Shown: positions 1 to 11,700 of the stretch, piece after piece
Numbering within the stretch: the first letter of the stretch is position 1
Layout of the letters: each line of letters starts with the position of its first letter
Source of the DNA: Cladosporium halotolerans
Lineage: Eukaryota
Assembly (NCBI RefSeq): GCF_011745625.1
Contig: NW_027191462.1
Coordinates: forward strand, 434,001 to 498,000
Reading direction: 5' to 3'
DNA length: 64,000 bases
Notes under the pieces: model-generated
Told to the model about the DNA's origin: nothing
Seen by the model: the letters and a program-made list of their open reading frames with translations, nothing else
The model's database searches: none
Translations under genes and position numbers: made by a program

Positions 1-1349
1 GCGGTTTTGTTAAGTGTCTTGCTCCAGATGAGGCGGACACCGCCGGCTGAAGCGGTGAGAGAAGCGATTTGGCCGCAGGTGATGGTCTGGTCGAGTTCGG
101 TGAGGAAATTTTCGGCTAGGGCGTGCTTGCGGGCGGAGAAGTCTTTTTTGGCTTGAATCTCGGCTGCGGTGCGTTTCGTTGGGCTTGATGTTGATTTCTT
201 TGGCGACGATGTGGGTGTTGAGGCTTCCTGTTCGGGAATGAAAAGACTCTTCTTTGGCGATTTGATTGTCTTTCTGGGAGAGTATTGGTCGTTCCACTCG
301 TTGACCGTGTCCGCGTTCCAGAATCCATCAATGCTCTGTCTCAGCGGTGGAGTAGGGATTCTGATTTTGGTTTTCGAAGGAGACACCAGACGAGACTTGG
401 AAGGCGAGGCAGGAGGTGGCGTGACTGGTCGCTCTGGTGTTTCCTCCCTAGGTCGGGTGATGAGTCGAGGCGGTGAGAAGTGCAGGATGGCGTCGAGATT
501 CTCCTTGTCGTGCGAGCTTGATGGCCTTGCATCCTGCTCTGCCTTAGAATCGTCACTTGAGGAACCCTCCCCGGCATCCTTCGACTTGCTGTCCTGGATA
601 CTCAACCCCTGAAATCCCTGCAACGCCTCGTCCAGCCCATCCATAGGGCCATGGGAAGGTCTGGTAGGAAGCTTGCGCGGCCATAATTTCCTCGGACTAG
701 GCAGTTCCTCCTCCGAGTCGTCCTCACTCGCGTCCGAACCGCACCAAACGCTCTCCTCTACCTCAGCTTCCTCCTCCGAATCGTTCTTACTGGCGTCCGA
801 ACCACACCAAACGCTCTCCTCCACCTCAGCTTCCTCCTCGCCCTCCTCATCGTTCGCCACAACAGACGGCTTCAAAGACGGAATACTCGAGAAAGCATTG
901 AGCTTCGGCATAGAAGGGGTTTTCGCAGACTCCTTGGCATTCCCAGAAATATCCTTCAGCGGCCGCCGCCTTGACCTTTCCGGCGACGCGATCTTCTGCC
1001 TCAGCTCGCTGTGGCTCTCCCTCGCCTTGAGAGGCGCGAGTTTGATCTGTCTTCTCCCTCGCGTAGAATCGGTCGAGGGTTTAACAGAGTCGTCCAGTCC
1101 ATCCGCGGCCGCCTGTGGAGGTTTGCTTGCCACTTTGCGCGGGAACAGTTTCCTAGGATCAGGCAGTTTCTCATCGGCATCCTCGTCGGTATTAGACTCA
1201 TCGTCCTGGATGACGTAGGATTTTTGCGCCTTCTTGCGCGGCGACGTCCGTAGCTTGGCCGTAGTCGGTATAGATGAGTTCTCCGCGTAGTCGTCGTCGC
1301 TGCCCGCAGCGGGCTTATCTATGGGAGACGCTCGTCGCAGACGGGCCAT
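1..1349 (-). CDS. SprT-like domain protein (GCNA/Spartan-family metalloprotease with long disordered N-terminus), 3' end outside window
   Basis: Not in the ORF track because it runs off the edge. ATG at 1349 opens MARLRRASPIDKPAAG... with no stop to base 1. An acidic, Ser/Pro-rich disordered region is followed by 'FLTELDQTITCGQIASLTASAGGVRLIWSKTLNKTA', typical of the start of fungal SprT-like domains. The HExxH motif would lie outside the window. Confidence 0.75.
   Translation of the reverse strand, partial: MARLRRASPIDKPAAGSDDDYAENSSIPTTAKLRTSPRKKAQKSYVIQDDESNTDEDADEKLPDPRKLFPRKVASKPPQAAADGLDDSVKPSTDSTRGRRQIKLAPLKARESHSELRQKIASPERSRRRPLKDISGNAKESAKTPSMPKLNAFSSIPSLKPSVVANDEEGEEEAEVEESVWCGSDASKNDSEEEAEVEESVWCGSDASEDDSEEELPSPRKLWPRKLPTRPSHGPMDGLDEALQGFQGLSIQDSKSKDAGEGSSSDDSKAEQDARPSSSHDKENLDAILHFSPPRLITRPREETPERPVTPPPASPSKSRLVSPSKTKIRIPTPPLRQSIDGFWNADTVNEWNDQYSPRKTIKSPKKSLFIPEQEASTPTSSPKKSTSSPTKRTAAEIQAKKDFSARKHALAENFLTELDQTITCGQIASLTASAGGVRLIWSKTLNKT
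705..839 (-). repeat. 63-bp in-frame tandem duplication (about 2.1 copies) encoding EEEAEVEESVWCGSDASxxDS
   Basis: Units 705-767 and 768-830 are near-identical, with a partial third copy at 831-839. Confidence 0.95.
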
Positions 1350-1494
1350 GGCGGGTCGCAAGAGCTGCGGCGGCGAAAAGGTATGTGAAGAATATCTGCG
1401 GCGTGCTGTCTTTGCACTCGATCGGTACACATTGGTCCGCGGCGAGGTCTGCTTGAAGTTGATGCGCGTGGTTGCTGGGGGCAACGGGGCAGGG

Positions 1495-1519
1495 AAGCTT
1501 ACCCCAACCCTAACCCTAA
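1495..1519 (+). repeat. Interstitial telomere-like motif AAGCTTACCCCAACCCTAACCCTAA (telobox-like), about 150 bp upstream of the SprT-like gene
   Basis: CCCCAA-CCCTAA-CCCTAA read directly; a near-identical copy lies on the opposite strand at 59695-59718. Confidence 0.8.
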
Positions 1520-1632
1520 TGCCGCGGCTTTACTACATTTATGTCTGCGCGCGCGAGCGTCGAAATCCCACGCTGACTGCAACGAACGTGTCAGCACAGC
1601 ATATTCTCAATGTAGCGAATACTATTTCGGTA

Positions 1633-1750
1633 GAATGACACTACTCAGTCGTCCGTCTACATTACAAGCGAGCTGGAGAAAAAGGAAACTCGTATCTGCA
1701 GTCCCGCATCACGCACGTTATCCAAGAATTCATCATCCGTCGTGTCATCC
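1633..1750 (-). ncRNA. Candidate intergenic box C/D snoRNA (no target recognised)
   Basis: Box C ATGATGA (1736-1730) and box D CTGA (1648-1645). Terminal stem GGATGACACGAC/GTAGTGTCATTC (11 of 12 bp including one G-U). Internal hairpin CGAGTT/AGCTCG. Confidence 0.45.
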
Positions 1751-2085
1751 CTTCTCAGCTGCCCAGCAGCTGCATCCCTACAAGCCCTTGCAGCCGCCAC
1801 TCGTCTGACAGTCGCGACCTCAGCCCCTCTGGAAGCGCTAGGTCTCTTCTAGCAAACCGGCAGCGAGCGAAAGAGGCGGTGACCGCCGTCTTTGTCGCTG
1901 TGCGCTGCGTTGGCCGTGTCGTCGGATGCGCTGTTCGACGAACAAGCGTGCGTGATTCGGGCTCCGGGCAAGTGCCGTGGTCATGCGACGTGTTCGTCGA
2001 GGCTGTCTCTCGACGCGTAGCTGCGGTCTTGCCTTCCGTTCATCCTTTCATACATCCATCCACGGTGAGCGAAGCGCGCGCGAGC

Positions 2086-2982
2086 TCATCCTCCGGCCGC
2101 GCGTCGCTCGTGAACACGTCGAACATGGTCTTTCTGCATCACACAAGCGGAGTTAGCGATCTTCCGTCCAGACCGAACGTTTCAGGACGCGAGCGAGCGA
2201 GGAGAGCTTACCATATTATCCACCCTGCTAAAAAGCCTCCCGCAGCCGTCCCACTCACACGTGATCATCGGGTTGTGTTTCGCTTCGTGTCGCGCACGAT
2301 CCTTCTTGCTCGAGAAACCGCCCTCAGTCGCCTGCGGACACCCTTCCTGCCGACAGAAAAGCGTCTTCGAGTGTCGCTTGTAGTGCTTGCGCAGGTCGCA
2401 GGCGCGTGTGAAGCGTGAGCGCGAGGTGCAGCCTGGCCAGGCGCAGGCCCATCTGCCGTCGGGGCCCTTGTAGCCGTACTCTGCGATCGCGCTGGGGTTT
2501 GGAGAGACGCTCCGGGAGACCTCGGATGGAGCGTGGTCGCCTTGCGAGTTGCCATGGGATTGTCCAGAGTCGTTGCGAGACAGACTTGGTACGGGTGTTG
2601 GTACGGCTGATAAATAGCTGGGTGAAGGCGCTGCCCTTGATGGACCGGGAGTAGGGTATGAGGGAATCGGATAGCCGTGACTCTGCGCGCCTAGGTGGAG
2701 CTGGGGTGTTTGAGCTCGTCGCATCTGGGTCAGAGACGCCTGTCTCCATCGCTGTTGATATGCTGTGTCTGCTGTGGGTCCGTACTGCGGTACATGATTG
2801 GTGTATGGTATCGTTGGCACGGTATATGGGAGTTGCGATTGGAGAAGAGAGGCTTCGGGGGGTGGTGCGCAGAAGACGGGATTCATGTCCGGTCCAGAAG
2901 ATGGTGTGTGCTGTGGAGGTTCATTATAGCCCCAATACATAGGGTTCCAGTTTTGATTCGGGTCGTAAAATTGGTCGGACAT
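2086..2982 (-). CDS. C2H2 zinc-finger transcription factor (3 fingers)
   Basis: Fingers CAWPGC...HYKRH, CRQEGC...HEAKH and CEWDGC...RVDNM|KDHVRRVH. Intron 2211-2134 (GTAAGC...GCTAAC...CAG) completes finger 3. Stop TGA at 2086. An alternative in-frame ATG lies at 3012. Confidence 0.9.
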
Positions 2983-5738
2983 GGTTCGTAAGGTGCAAAC
3001 TGCGCTTTCCATGCGGTGTTAATTCGCCAGATACTCGTTACAAAGGAATCTGGGACCTGTTAGAATTGTGCTTGACTGTTCGTTCACCTTGTAATCCGGA
3101 CGTTGAATTGGTACGCCTGTCTGTGTTCACAAAGACGGCCGTGCGATCAACAGTAACGGTTTCCAGCCCTCAATCAATGGGAACAAGCTGCAGAGCCGGA
3201 GAACCAGGACGTAGACAAAAGGAAGACTTTGCTTTGATGGACACGCATGCTTCATGATCACATACCTGTATGAATCGCAGGACGTTCTCATAATGCCAAG
3301 ATGACCAGTCTTGCGAGGCTCACCGTAAGTTGTGATCACCCAAGGAGCCCTGTCCTGCAAGTATGCGTTCGAGGGTCGGGCAACCAACGTCTAGAACGCT
3401 CTGAGAGGTCCGCTGTAGGCGATGGAGTAAGCTGATTGGTGTTCGAAATTAGGCGGCGGGTCGGCGACAGGCCTCGCAGATACTCCTGAGAGGTGCTTGG
3501 AGCTTCCGAAGCACCGTACTTGGTTGAAGTACGATGTGCTCTGGTCAGATGTGTTGGTGAAAAGGCGGAGGATTTGGTCGAAAGTGTGAAGGATCGGCTG
3601 AGGGACCCGCACGTAGGGTCGGCTATGGTAGATGTGACAATGCCATAGGAGACCCCACGACAGGATTTAGATTTGACGAACGTGCCTGCTGTAAAGATTT
3701 AAAGATCGCGTAAAGACCGGCAGATGCACTACCGCAAGCTTCAATAGACTTCCAAGCTGCTGCACGGGGACATCAGGGCGAAAGAAAGGCCGAAACCGCA
3801 ACGTGCTCAAGAGTGCAACCGGTTTTATCTTGCAAGATTCGTTTACTAGTGACATGCAGCCCACCTGTCAAGATGGTCCGTGGCCGTTCGAAGGAAGACG
3901 GGGAAGACGAGACGAGGTCTCTCAGCCGGGCCTGGGCGCTAGGGATCACCATCCAGCGACAGCACCGCGGTTAATGTGGCTTGCCCGCAGTAGCTGGCCA
4001 TGACGCACATTGCGTTATTTCTCATTCTCACGAGAGATGGGTTCGACCCGGGAGCCGAATGTCGGCAGCCAGAGCAAGCCGATGTTGGAGCAGGCTGTGC
4101 CACGGCGGCCCATCGGCATCTCAGTGCCCTCGACAATTCGATCTTGTGGCCGGGTCGTCTCGAAGTCAAAGCTTGGAAAGACAGAAGGTTGATTAGGGCG
4201 AAAAAAACCAGGCATGGCGCGGACGGTTGTTGCGTGCACAGCCCTACAGTTCTCGGTCCGCACCCTATCAATTGCCAGGCGCGGGTGAGGGACTGCCATG
4301 GCATAACATGCGCAGGGAACATGGCTTGCAGCCACAGCATGTGAGACCAGGCCGTTGGTAACTTCAGATGGGCTCACGTCCGCAAACTTAGGCACTGCGA
4401 CGCCTCGCCGCGTGCAGGCATCAACTGGGCTGATGAGAACATTTCGTCTGCACACTGGCATGCGTGCATGGGGGATTGGGTTGCAGCTACCGGATGTAGC
4501 ACCACAGCACCGGTACGGCGGGGCTAAGAGCGAGGCTCGCGAGCTGGGAATGCGGTGTAAGAGGCATGTGGTGGCGACAAAGGGGCAGATGGGGCGCAAG
4601 GGTGGTTTGAGGTGTAATGATCCTTCGATCGAAGGGAGTGATGCGCTCGCCAGGATCGGGGACGGGGCTCGCCGTTCGGGGATCTCAGCTGGGCGACCCA
4701 ACCGTCAGGACAACCTTAAAGTAAAGGCCGTAAGACAGGGCGGCGGTGTTGCGGTCTGACACGCGCAGGCGACGTGGGTTGTGTGCAGCGGGGTGGGGGA
4801 GGTCTAACCGTCTATCGCCAGGCGCCAGTACAGGCTGAAGGGTCTGCGAAAGTATCGGGCTGGCCGAACATGTCCTGGGGACGGGCGCGCCGGAGCTACT
4901 GCCGCTTGCAGCCACAGTGATCCACTGCCAACAGATCGGGCGGGCTGACTCTGTCAAAGGATCGCGGTGGTCTTGGTAAAAAGTGTTTGACAAATAGCCA
5001 CCGTATTACCTGCTCCCTGCGCGCCTGTGTTGCATGTGTAGTGACATCTGTAGACGCACCGACTCGAGCGCCTGCGCAGCGGCCGGGAGACGCCGGGAGA
5101 TGCCGGGCGCATCGAAGTCTCTCACGCCTCTGTATGTTGGCGAGCGAGCGACAGGCGCAAACCGGCGACCAGACGAGCACTAGGCACCGTGCCGCCCAAC
5201 CGTCCGATCGTCCTGGCGTCTCCCCCGATGCTGCCCGAGCAGCGCAAGCACACACGGCTTGGGACTGCCAACCTCACTTCGAGTTGCAGACGAGCCACAG
5301 ACATGAATGAGCCAGCAAGGTGCCCACGGCCACCTGCCGGGCAAACCTAATATAGGTCAGACGTCTTCGCCTCGCAGAAGCACCAGGGCCTAGACTTCGA
5401 CGAACACCAAGAAAGCTACCGGCAAATAGGCGAATGGGGGCGGAGAAGCCTCAATAAATGTATCCAATGCAAGTACTCAAGCTAGAGTGCCATCTCAGGA
5501 AGCTTGATCTGCGTCTACCAATCTGCCGGTGCGGTCACTGCGGTGGTGGTTGTGCCGCAGGCCGGTTGTCATCTGGCGAAGCCCTACCAACTTCGAGCCT
5601 GATGAGCCTGAACTTGAGCCTGGATTGCAAGTTCGGCCTGAGGCACCCAGGCACCTGCCAAGCATAGCAAACTTCAATTCACACCACCAAGACAATGGCA
5701 GGCGCGACGGGCAACCAGCACCCGACCACATCGCAACC

Positions 5739-6716
5739 ATGGCCGCCTTCGATTTCGCGATCGATCGCCCTGAAAACATAGAGGCAATCCTCAACGGCCT
5801 CGATCGATACAACCCCGAGACCACTGCTACCTTCCAGGAATATGTCGCCCAGCAGTGCGAGAACCAGACTTATGACTGCTACGCCAACCTGGCCCTCCTG
5901 AAATTGTACGTCGCCGCGCAAGCCTGAGATTTCTTTCGATCTTTGAAAGGAGAACCCGAGAAGAGGAGGAGAAGGGGACAACTGCGCTTTTTTGTGATGA
6001 TAAACCTATTTAGCATGACCTGATCAGGCCTAACTAGCCTGCTGAAGTCATATTTGATATTAGCTCTAGCTGAAACTTGCCGCACCCTTCGACAAGCACC
6101 ACAACCTTTGCAAACGGCAACATGAACAAGCTTGGCTAACAAAGCGCCGTTTTGCAGATACCAGTTCAACCCCCACCTCGCCCGCGACGGGACGATCACC
6201 AACATCCTCGCCAAGGCCCTTACCGTCTTCCCCTCCGCCGACTTCAGCCTCTGCCTCTCCCTCCTCCCCGTCTACACCCTCGTTCCCGCACAAAATGGCG
6301 TGCCGCCCGCGTCCGGCTCTCTCGCCGAGGCCGTCCAGCACCTGAGCAAGCTGCACGACCAGCTCACCAGCGCCGGCTACGCCGACTTTTGGAACACATT
6401 CGAGGGTGACGACCTGTACGCCGACCTGGTGGCCGACGTGCAGGGCTTCGAGGAGGTCATGAAAGTGCGCATCGCGGTCGTCGTCAGCCAGTGCATGCAG
6501 GAGGTGCAGCGCGACGTGCTCGAAGGCTGGCTAAACGTCAGCGGCGCCAAGTTCGACCACTTCGTCTCCGAGGTGTGCGGATGGAAGATTGACGGCGCCA
6601 CCGTGCGCGTGCCGCTCAACAAGGAGAACGAGGCGCGCAGCACGCTCGTCCGCGAGAACGTCAAGTTCGACCAGTTTGGCCGCCTGATCAAGCGCGCCTA
6701 CGAGCAGCCTGCGTAG
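5739..6716 (+). CDS. eIF3k: Eukaryotic translation initiation factor 3 subunit K
   Basis: [28 protein letters not shown]...[15 protein letters not shown]...ENVKFDQF. Exons 5739-5905 and 6158-6716; 252-nt intron GTACGT...GCTAAC...CAG. Confidence 0.95.
5990..6076 (+). ncRNA. Intronic box C/D snoRNA, predicted guide for 2'-O-methylation of the 18S rRNA A in UUCUAG[A]GCUAAUA
   Basis: Box C GTGATGA 5994-6000; box D CTGA 6070-6073; candidate D' CTGA 6020-6023. Guide TATTAGCTCTAG (6058-6069) is the exact complement of conserved 18S CTAGAGCTAATA. It lies in an unusually long intron of a translation gene. Confidence 0.88.
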
Positions 6717-7056
6717 ATCACGGTGGATGCTTTCTTGTGAGACGAAACTTAGAACGGGTCATGTGGATTCACGGGCTTTGCATGCATGCATGAATGAATT
6801 GCAGCGCGGCGTTTTCGGGGTGTGTGATGAAATTCGGTATTCCACACACAAAATTTAGTGCAGCTTCTCCCCTCCCTGCGACGGGGTGCGAGCCGGGAAA
6901 TGAACAAAAGGGGTGGTGGGCGGCGGTAGCGAAGAACAGCCTTCTCTCTGTGTGTTGTGTTGTGTTGTGTCTGCAATATCTGCAACGCCTACTACTAGAA
7001 GAACCCTGAAGAAGATACTCAATCATCATCATGAACAAATCAGCCAGCCAGCCTCT

Positions 7057-8313
7057 CTACCTGGCAGCCAGCTCCTCCCACTGAACTCCCACCCACTCCT
7101 CGTTCTCCCCACCGCAATCCTTCCCACAGCTCGCCAAAATGATCGTGCCCCAATCCATGCCTTCAAGCGACAGATCATCCGCCTCCAGCTCCGTAATCGC
7201 ATGCGGCGTCAACTGCAGCTCAAACACCCTCTCGGCACCACACTTCCCGCACCGCGGCACGCGCGGCCACGCCGCGCCCACGGCATCTTTCTTGCTGTAC
7301 AGCAGCGGCTGCCCGCCGAACTCGTACCGCAGCACCTGCTCCGGGTTCTGCGCTAGCCGGTCCGCGAAGCGCTGGAACGGCTTGTCCATCGTGCTGTCGA
7401 AGGCCGCTTTGTCGTCGGCGCTGTTGCCGCCGCTGCCGCTTGCGGTCGTCTCGAATTCACCGGACTCCGCGAGGCGCACGTTCTGCGGGATGCCTTGCGG
7501 CTCGGGGTCGAGGTATTCTTTGTCTGCGTCGATGTAGTAGGAGGGGAATGGTGCTGGGAAGGAGGATTGAGAGGGCCAGGGCTCGGAGGGGCCGGCGGTG
7601 GGTTTGGGAGGCTCGTTGGAAGATGCGATGCGGGCCTTCTCGGCGAAGGTTTGGGACAGCTCTTCCGCTGGCTCGATCTTTTCGGCGAGTTTGGGAGGGG
7701 CTGCTGAGGGCGCGGCGAATGGGTTTGCGGCGGGTTTGGAGCTGGTAGAGAAGGGGTTTGCGGGCGCTGCACCGGGCGCAGAGAATGGGTTCGCGTTCTG
7801 GTTTTGCTTGGAGGGCTGCACGCCGAAGAGCGACTCGCCAATGTTGGTTTGCTTGGGCTTCGGCGGCTCAGCAGCTGGTGGCGCTGTTTCTTTGGCTGGG
7901 GCCTTGGTTTGCATGGGTTCCGGGGCATCTTTGGAAATACGGGTAGTTCTGATGCCGCGGATTGATCCGTCCTTCCTGCGGCACTGCTTCTTCCTGCATC
8001 CGAATATGTAGACCCTTCGTTCGTGGCCAGGGAATTTGTCAGGGAGGTCGCCGTTCAGTTGCATGAGCAGGTTGAGATAGCCGTTGCACACTTTGCATTT
8101 TGCGAGGGCCCCGGAAGGAGCCGCGTTTGTGTCTAGCCATGACTTTGCATTTCGTCAGTAAAAATATCTGAACCACAAAGTGGCAATAAGATTTACCGGG
8201 TGACCACCAAGCTGGCTGAAATCATCGCCTGTTGCCTCTTTGGATGCATAACCCAGGATGACGCCGGTCTCGACATCCTCGATTCCAGACGAGTCGCTAT
8301 CGTAGTCTGCCAT
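7057..8313 (-). CDS. TSR4: PDCD2-like ribosomal protein chaperone Tsr4
   Basis: Exon 1 8313-8197 (...VILGYAS...SQLGGHP), intron 8196-8143, exon 2 with CKVCNG, QVLRYEFGGQPLLYS, CGKCGAERVFELQLTP, GMDWGTI and EEWVGVQWEE. Confidence 0.92.
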
Positions 8314-8707
8314 ATTGGAAGGGATGACCTCGAGATTCTGTTCTTTGTTTGAGTTTGGACGATTAAAATCTTTTTTTGTTCACTTCAATAAATTCTGACT
8401 GACGTTGGAGGCTGAAGCGAGCTCGGGCCAAGCCGAGGCTTGCATGGGCAGAAAGCATCTCCATGTATAACGAGACGGACATTTACCAAATTACAGTATC
8501 GGTCTTTTTCTAAAATTGTTGGAGTGCACTAATAGAGAACAGTAGGCAGATACTGCGGCGATTAAGCGATCTCGATACGTGAAGCAGGCATTGTTCGGAG
8601 AAAGGCAATTGAGTCTGGATTTCTATTTGACCATTCCGCCCAGTCGAATGCTTGATGAGCTGTTCTGGTATGATTCCTTCATCGTTCTTTAATCCACCGT
8701 GATATGG

Positions 8708-11700
8708 CTAGACATCGGTCGATTCCCCTACTTGCCGACTCCTTGATTCAATGCCCGCTTTCAATGCCTCCACCACTTCCTGCCCGATCCATCTGAGCTC
8801 TTCATCACGCTCCTCTCTTGCCCTCTCCGCCCACGCGAACAGCAGGCGAAGGTTCCACAGCTCGTTGCGATTTCGACTTTGTACGTTGTCGGACAACACC
8901 AGCTTGTCATCGATTACTGTTGCCCGCTGGTCAGTGTGCACTGAGCTGTGCACATCCGGCGGGATGATGAGTTCGATGTCCGCTTTAGTGAGCTCTTCCC
9001 TCAAAGCCGGCAGCGAGAAGACCCAGTCCCAGATTTGCTGTCTGTTGGCGGTTGATGAAGATTGGGTAGAGCGTGCTGCCAGGGTCGCGCCAAAAACACT
9101 GCTGTGCGCTTCGCCTGCCGGGCAGCGCCGTACATGAATTCGTTGATTCTTACGGAATTTGGTGAGATGCGATGTGTTCAGCTCGAAGTCAAGCGTCACA
9201 CGCCAGTACGCTGGGTCCATTGTTTGCACAGAGGCTATCGATGCAAGGTCGGGCAAGAGGCACGGGGCCTGCATACTCTTTGTCGAGCCATCCCGGAGCG
9301 TGACTAGTATCGGCATTGTGATGGGACGGTGTGTGTCAATGTCTTCCACAATGACACAGCGGGCCTCTGCAGCGAAGATCCAAAAGTGGCGCAAGGCCTG
9401 CAGGTGAACGCGATTGTCCTGAACATCCGTTGGAAAGAGAGGATAGAAGGCACAGATGAGAGAGGCCACAGCCATATCGGAAGTGCCCAGAGTGTATGTC
9501 CCGCCTCCTAAGAAGAGCACACCGATAGCCAGATGCGCCGCAAAATGCGATCCGTACGGTGTTTCCGCATCTGTCCTACCGTGAAGGCGACGAAGGTATC
9601 GGAACGTGTTCAGGTCGCCGGTGCCAGCCATTACTGTGGATGCCGCAAGAGCGAGGACGTCAATACAGCGCCGGATCGCAGCACGAGCAAGCTTTGCGTC
9701 GTAATAGTAGGCGTCTCCCTTGCTCTTCGCGGCATGGAAGAAATCAAGTAGCAGCAGGATTTCGTCACGGGCAGCTTCATCGCCACTTCCGGCATACCTC
9801 AAGCTCAGGGCCCAAGCAAGACCAGTGGCAATGTTGTAAAACGGTACATCAGTGCTAGACAGCTGCGAACGCTGTTTGCTGCGCGGCCCCATCCGGCGAA
9901 GTTTACTTTGGTAGCACTTCGGTAGATTGACGTGAATCCACGCTGGCATGCCGTCGACCTCGCCTTGGGCTTGTATGGCATTCCATAGGATGATGTGCTT
10001 CGCCATGCACCTAAGCATGAGCATGTCCGGCCTCACGTGATCAAACTGTGCCTCCGTATCAGGTATGTCGATCTTCCGCGCGATGGTTTTGTCTTCAGAC
10101 TTCATGTAAACCAGGGCAATGGCAACAATAGCGCCCGCCGTTGCCTTATCGAAGACGTGCACAGCATTGACAGGCCTTGGGCCAACCGCGACGTTGAGAA
10201 GCCGCTCTGGTAGGCGCATGCCATGCAGACCTCTGAGATCTTTACCCTTCGCAAGATTGATCATGCCGAGGGCGAGACCTGCCGCGAGACGATATGATTC
10301 GTCCCTCAGTACATCAGGTCCATTGTCAACGTCTTCGACATCCATTAGCTCGACTTCGTGCAGCATCAGCTCGCTCATCCGGCGGTGCTCGGTATTGCAG
10401 TACAGCAAGCCAATGCCCATGAGACCTGCTGTCTGAGTTGTGGAAGAGACGTTGAGTTCAGCTGCGCCGGGTGGGAGCATTGCAGTGATATGCACAGACA
10501 GCATGCGTGTGATGAGACTATCCATTGTGCCAACATACGACGCGGATATGCCGAGCAATAAACCGACCGAGGTCATGGTGTGTTTGGGCGTGAGATACTT
10601 GAACGATAACCATTTGGCAAGTGAACGTAAGTGTCCGTTGAGGCCGAGAGCTAGCAGCAGACCAGCATGCCTGTTCGTGAGGTCGGTAGGCTTGTTGAAG
10701 ACAAGCCATGATGTGTCGATCCCTTTGGCGTTGCGTGAGATGCGTAGGCCGACAGACACACCCGCGTGAAAGTATGCCCAGTTGACCTTCTCCTCGGTCA
10801 ATCCGCTTCTGTCAGTGGTCACAGTGTGGCCCATGGGCTGCATGATGGCTGAAGGATTGAAACCAGGCAGGTGGTATTTCTCGGTCATAAGAGGAAGTTG
10901 GCTGTCGAAATGGATCATGCCGTCCCCTGCTGGCAATGCAATCATTCGTGTCGTTACCCATTGCATGACTTTGCGTTGCTGCTCAAAATGGAAGGCATCG
11001 CTCCAATCAGGCTGCTTGGGACATTCCGCTATCTGCACGTTGTTGAAGTGCATGAGGCTGGTGGCTTCTATGAGTCGTCGATCTTCGCTGAACAGCAGTT
11101 GCGAAATTGCGTGACGGTCTGCTTCGCGTGTCTTGACAGCGTGATTTGGCGTCTCGAAAGCTTGTGTGATACTTTGCAGATCTTTCGGCAGAGCAATGAC
11201 GGGCTGATGTTGCGTTCCATACGGTTTGCGCGCCGCAGCTTCCTTGCTTAAATCGAGATCTTCCCTACCTATTAGCCGCAACAAAGATGTTGGCCAGGTT
11301 GTGGGTGGCTCCTTTTCGCATTTGGCAATGGCCTCCCTGAAAGGCGCGGCTACTGCTTCTGGAAAGGACTCAAGTATATCTGTCGTCAAGTGATGCTTTG
11401 CTGATGTTTCGACGACAGTGACAGGAGAGAGGGCCAATCCCTGGGTCTCCTCCAAAACACGAGAGAGCGTGGTTGTTCTAGGGGTCATCTGAGCCGATGC
11501 TTCTGCAAAGGATCTAGAGATGTTCACGTCTGATCCGAGCCGCGCAACGGTCGCAAGGCTGGGGTAGAGTTCACTCGTGCCGTACTTGATGGAGTGCTCA
11601 AGCCACTCAAAGACGCCAACAGGATCGTCCATCAGGCCCGTGCTCACGCTTATAGAGGCACGAAATTTGATGAACGCCCATGCGGTTTCATTCGCACCTT

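Noticed and set aside
3013..5738. Numerous overlapping ORFs between the C2H2 gene and eIF3k
   Set aside because: No domains or codon bias; consistent with a long regulatory region or 5' UTR of a transcription factor.
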